From: Octopus vulgaris
Taxonomy: Eukaryota
Reading direction: 5' to 3'
DNA: 64,000 nucleotides
Assembly (NCBI GenBank): GCA_951406725.2
Contig: OX597823.1
Coordinates: forward strand, 77,686,001 to 77,750,000
Below the pieces are notes generated by a model. The model was not told the DNA's origin. It did no database searches and worked only from the letters and a program-made list of their open reading frames with translations. Positions 59,664 to 64,000 of the stretch are shown here, piece after piece. How positions within the stretch are numbered: the first letter of the stretch is position 1; every line of letters starts with the position of its first letter. The translations under genes and the position numbers were made by a program.

Positions 59664-62136
59664 CATATATGTATCTGAGACAATGCATTGGAGTATATAA
59701 TTGAAAAATATACACATATACACACATGCATACAAAAACATTGTAGCAAATGCATTTCCCAATTGTTCTCAAATTTTATAGTTTTTTAAAGACCGTTTGA
59801 AATGTGTGGCATGAATATTTTTATAGATTTCTTTAGAAAATACATCGAGAAATCTTCCTTTTTCCATGCTTAATTTAACTTTGAGTACAATTTTTCCTGA
59901 CAATAATATCCTTTTATTACAAAATGCATCAATTTCCAACCAGCAATTTATATGCGGCTATTTGCCTTATAAATATATTACATTATCAGACTAGCTTCAA
60001 TACAATTTCCAGAAAATAAAAGCAAAAAAGAAAATAATAATAATGATAAATGAAAAATAAAGAAACTATAGCTATTGCATAATTTCTGTCAGTTATTGTA
60101 CATGTACATTTGACTATTTCTATGTAAGTCTATTTTATTTTCTATTTGTTTGTTTGTTTATTTGTTTCTACTTTATTTTATTTATACTGTTTTTAGTCTT
60201 AGTTTTGTGAAATGTTGATGGAATACAATGAATGTTGATTCCAAGTCTTGAAAAATCAATATAAATATATATATATGTATATATATATATTTACTGAACG
60301 CTTTCATGTTAAAAAGGTGTAAGTAACCTACATCGAATCATTTTTGAGTATGAAATAAATATCAGAGATTTACTTAAATGATATAGAAAATTGATGTAAA
60401 ATAATTGGTTTTCTTTCATAAAAGTTATGAAGATAAAAAGGAAAAAAAGCAAAAGAATCAAATAAAATATTATAAATAATTTGAAAATAACAAATCTTAA
60501 GTATTGCCCTAGAAACAACTACATGGGAATTGTTTTTGAATGAAATAAAAATATTCTTCAATGATGTAAGAGAATGTCAGTGCATAAATTATCGCTCTTA
60601 CTTGTCTTCGATTTCCTGTAATGATCTTTATTAAATCCTCTGTATATGATGCAAGAATGTCATTCCTTTCTTTGAAAGTTTAACCACTATCATAAAAAAA
60701 AAAGAAGACAGTTTTGAAAGACGTACAATATGGCTTCAGTGCAATAAACCTGAGTGTTTCTTATGTTTCACTATCCATCCATCCATTCAACTTCTCTTTG
60801 TTTCTGTAGAAGAATTCTTGGTAAAAAGTAAATTCTTTAACATCCACTTAAGCATTGTACACATGACATAATAGAAACACTGTGGGTTTGTGTTATTTTC
60901 AAAGATATTTTAATTCTAAAATTTTTTATCTTAAAACATGCTTTACTCCAAGAATCAAAATAATATGGGCTCTAGCTATTTGTAAGGGCATACATCTTTG
61001 AAATTTTCTATTAGATTATGAAAGAACTGGTTGTCTCAAAGTATCTTTTAGACTTTTAACAACTGGTATAGTAAGTGATGGCAGCAATAAAGGAAACCTA
61101 ACTAATTCACAAAAGATTTGAGAAGAATAAGATACCTCATTGTTATGATGATGATGGTAGTCGCCATCATCATCATCATCATTATGATCGTGACCATGGT
61201 TGCCAACATCACTATTTTTACCATTTTTCTCATGCTTCCATTTACTGTGCTCTCCTCTATTTCATCTTTTATCAATCCTAACTTTCTAAGATCTAATTGA
61301 ATTCTCGCATAGCAAGTTTTCTTTGAGATTTTTATACAGTAAGCTCATGGCACTGACTATAAACGAAATTTCAATATGGCCAATTTACATAGAATTCATT
61401 AGTTCTTATTATATCAAACCAAAATCAAAGCTTATGTCAAATCAGATTGACTTTGATGAGAAACTTTGAAGAATTAATCTATATAATAACAAGTAGTATC
61501 AGCATATTCAATTCTGTTATTGGAAAATTAAGGTCCTTGAAAGTTTCCACCAGAGATACGTAATGATCTATAAACTCTTAAAAAATGTTAATCAACAGAA
61601 CCAAAAAAAAAAAGAGGTGCAAAACATATAAAAGAAAAAATATTGAATTTTTATCTGTATAAATAATTCTTATATTTTCGTTTTTTTTATTTTTTTTACA
61701 TTTGAACATTGGAAAATAAAATATGCTAAAATTTGTGTTGGTGAAAATAAAACGAATTTGATAAAATGGTGGAGGTAATCAAAATGGGAGAATTACAAAC
61801 CAAGTGCATTAAAATGGTATTTTGTTTTATTGTGTTAAGTTCCAAGTAAAACTTCTGTTAGGATCAAGCGAACCTGTCATCTCATTGTGTGTAACAGTTT
61901 AATACTGAAGTTAATTTCATTGATTATATTATTTCTCTTCAAGTATTGGCTTTATCCTTTGTCATATTTGTGTTCTTTTATTTCCATTCTGTGCAGTATT
62001 GCATATTGGTTTGTGTTTAGCTGGTTGCAGGAGAAGATCTGTTTTTCTATGAGAAAAATTTACTAGCACTTCAAATTTCAGTCTCCATTTCTGGAATTCC
62101 CACTGGCCTTTCTCACAGTATAATCAATTATGAAAC

Positions 62137-62446
62137 AGAGAGAGGAGGGAGAGAGATCGAAGAGAGAGGGGAGAGGAAGGGGAGAGAGGGGGAAGAGAGA
62201 GAAAGGAGAGAGTGGAAGAGATAGAGAAAGGGGAGAGGGGAAGAGAGAGAAAGGAGAGAGGGGAAGAGAGAGAAAGGAGAGAGGGGAAGAGAGAGAAAGG
62301 AGAGAGTGGAAGAGAGAAAGGAGAGCGGGGAAGAGAGGGATTAGCAAAAGAAGGGGAGAGAGAGAGAGAAGAGAGAGAGAGGAGGAAGAGAGAAGAAAGA
62401 GAAAGAAAATGAAAAGAGAGAGGAAAGAGACAGTTGAAGAGAAGGA
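62137..62446 (+). repeat. ~310-bp polypurine tract with ~22-bp unit GGGAAGAGAGAGAAAGGAGAGA
   Basis: Direct reading; explains the ERG-rich ORFs. Confidence 0.93.
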
Positions 62447-62660
62447 CTCAGTAATTGAATAGAACATTGTTGGTCAACCCCAGATGGAGGTAAAACAAAT
62501 TTGACACTGGAGAGATTTGAACTCACAGCTCAAAGAACCAGAACAAATTCTGTAAAGTGTTCTAACAGATGCTCCAAAGATATCAATGTTAAGAGCAAAG
62601 GTACTGAACTGATATTAAGATATACAAAGTTTCTCTGTTTATTCATATAAAGATATGAGG

Positions 62661-62710
<50 letters not shown>

Positions 62711-62959
62711 TGATGATAATAATGATAATAATAATTGGAATGGCAGGATGAAAGAGAAATGAAACAGGAGAAACATTAAAACAATATCTTTACTTTTGGA
62801 AATTTTTATTCTTTGTTTTCATCAGTTTCTTGTCTTTAACTTGCGGAACACATCTAAACAAACTTTAATAGTCAATTGACATGATCAGTCACCGAAGTTC
62901 AGTATAAATGTAATTTCTAAAGATTTTGCTCGCCTTTTAAATTAATCAAGGAAATAACT

Positions 62960-63024
62960 GATATATATGTGTGTATATATATATATGTGTGTTTGTTGTG
63001 TATGTGTGTGTGTGTGTGTATATA

Positions 63025-63086
<62 letters not shown>

Positions 63087-63112
63087 GATATATATATGTG
63101 TGTGTATATATG

Positions 63113-63169
<57 letters not shown>

Positions 63170-63180
63170 ATATATACACA
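62960..63180. repeat. (TG)n/(TA)n microsatellite
   Basis: Direct reading. Confidence 0.95.
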
Positions 63181-64000
63181 TATGAGATGATAGTAATTTA
63201 TAAGCAAGAACTGATACTGTTGATATCTAGAACAATGACCTTGATATTTTGATATTTTTAATGATACATTATTCTCTAGATAAGGTATTGATTTCTTACT
63301 CCTAAGTACAAGGCCAGATGTGAAGTGAATTTCCTTCAGTTTAGGAAAAAAAAAAAAAAGAGGAAGTTGGCTCACAAAGCTCTACTTAATATTTAGCTAT
63401 TTTCTCTTTTCTATGGTGCTCAAAACCACAAAGATAAAACAAAAACAAAACAAAAACAAAAAGACAATCAAACAAACCAAAAAAACACAACTCATAGCTT
63501 TGTGAAGTTCCATAACAATTTTAATAGATTCTGCTAATGAGGCTAGATGAAAGACCTGACAGATGTTAGAACAATAAAGGGTTAGTGAGTCTTGATAGAG
63601 CAATCATGATGCTCAAATATATACTCTAGGTTTGCTAATCAGCTGTTATCACTGATAAGTGTTTGCAAACTTATTTGTTTTACTGTTCATACCATATATT
63701 TGTATACACTATACTACTTTACATCTGATTAGTGCCATTTCTATTTATTTATTTGCTAATATATCATAACTCATTTTTCATTATCATAAATCCAGCTCAG
63801 GTCTATATTAAACAATTCTTTTGTTCTTCCCAGATTATATCAATTCTTATTCATCAGAAAGTAGTAATTCACAAGATTGCTAATCAGAAACTTTTCTCTA
63901 CTATAACTAATAATTTACTTGCTTACTTATGTATGTATGTATGCACATTTATAAGCATACGTGGATGGTTGTCTACACACACAGATGCACACACATATGA

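Noticed and set aside
62078-62467. ERG-rich and LSP-rich ORFs
   Set aside because: Polypurine low-complexity tract.

Overview
AT-rich, microsatellite-dense eukaryotic genomic DNA, very probably an octopus (coleoid cephalopod), judged from the tRNA-derived SINE families recognised from memory, not from a database search. I find no supportable protein-coding exon, tRNA, rRNA or CRISPR array; most long ORF-track entries are translated microsatellites or SINEs, so the window is probably intronic or intergenic. It contains: (i) at least 30 SINE copies from several modular families (my labels A-E and R), some with clear target-site duplications; (ii) decayed non-LTR retrotransposons: an RTE-clade RT with a PHD-like finger (29.8-31.2 kb), an R4/Dong-clade fragment (37.4-38.4 kb), a Penelope-type GIY-YIG relic (51.3-51.7 kb) and weaker LINE relics; (iii) non-autonomous DNA elements: a complete Helitron, a Tc2/pogo-like MITE with perfect 21-bp TIRs, and hAT, piggyBac-like, Tigger and mariner pieces. 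The most interesting signal is a recurring architecture: short non-coding fold-back elements, often in or beside (TA)n/(TATG)n tracts. They carry minimal type I hammerhead-ribozyme motifs (several with the U3-A8 core variant and palindromic stem III), sometimes followed by AATAAA, and resemble Penelope-like/retrozyme termini with inverted copies. Element boundaries are approximate unless a TSD or TIR is cited.
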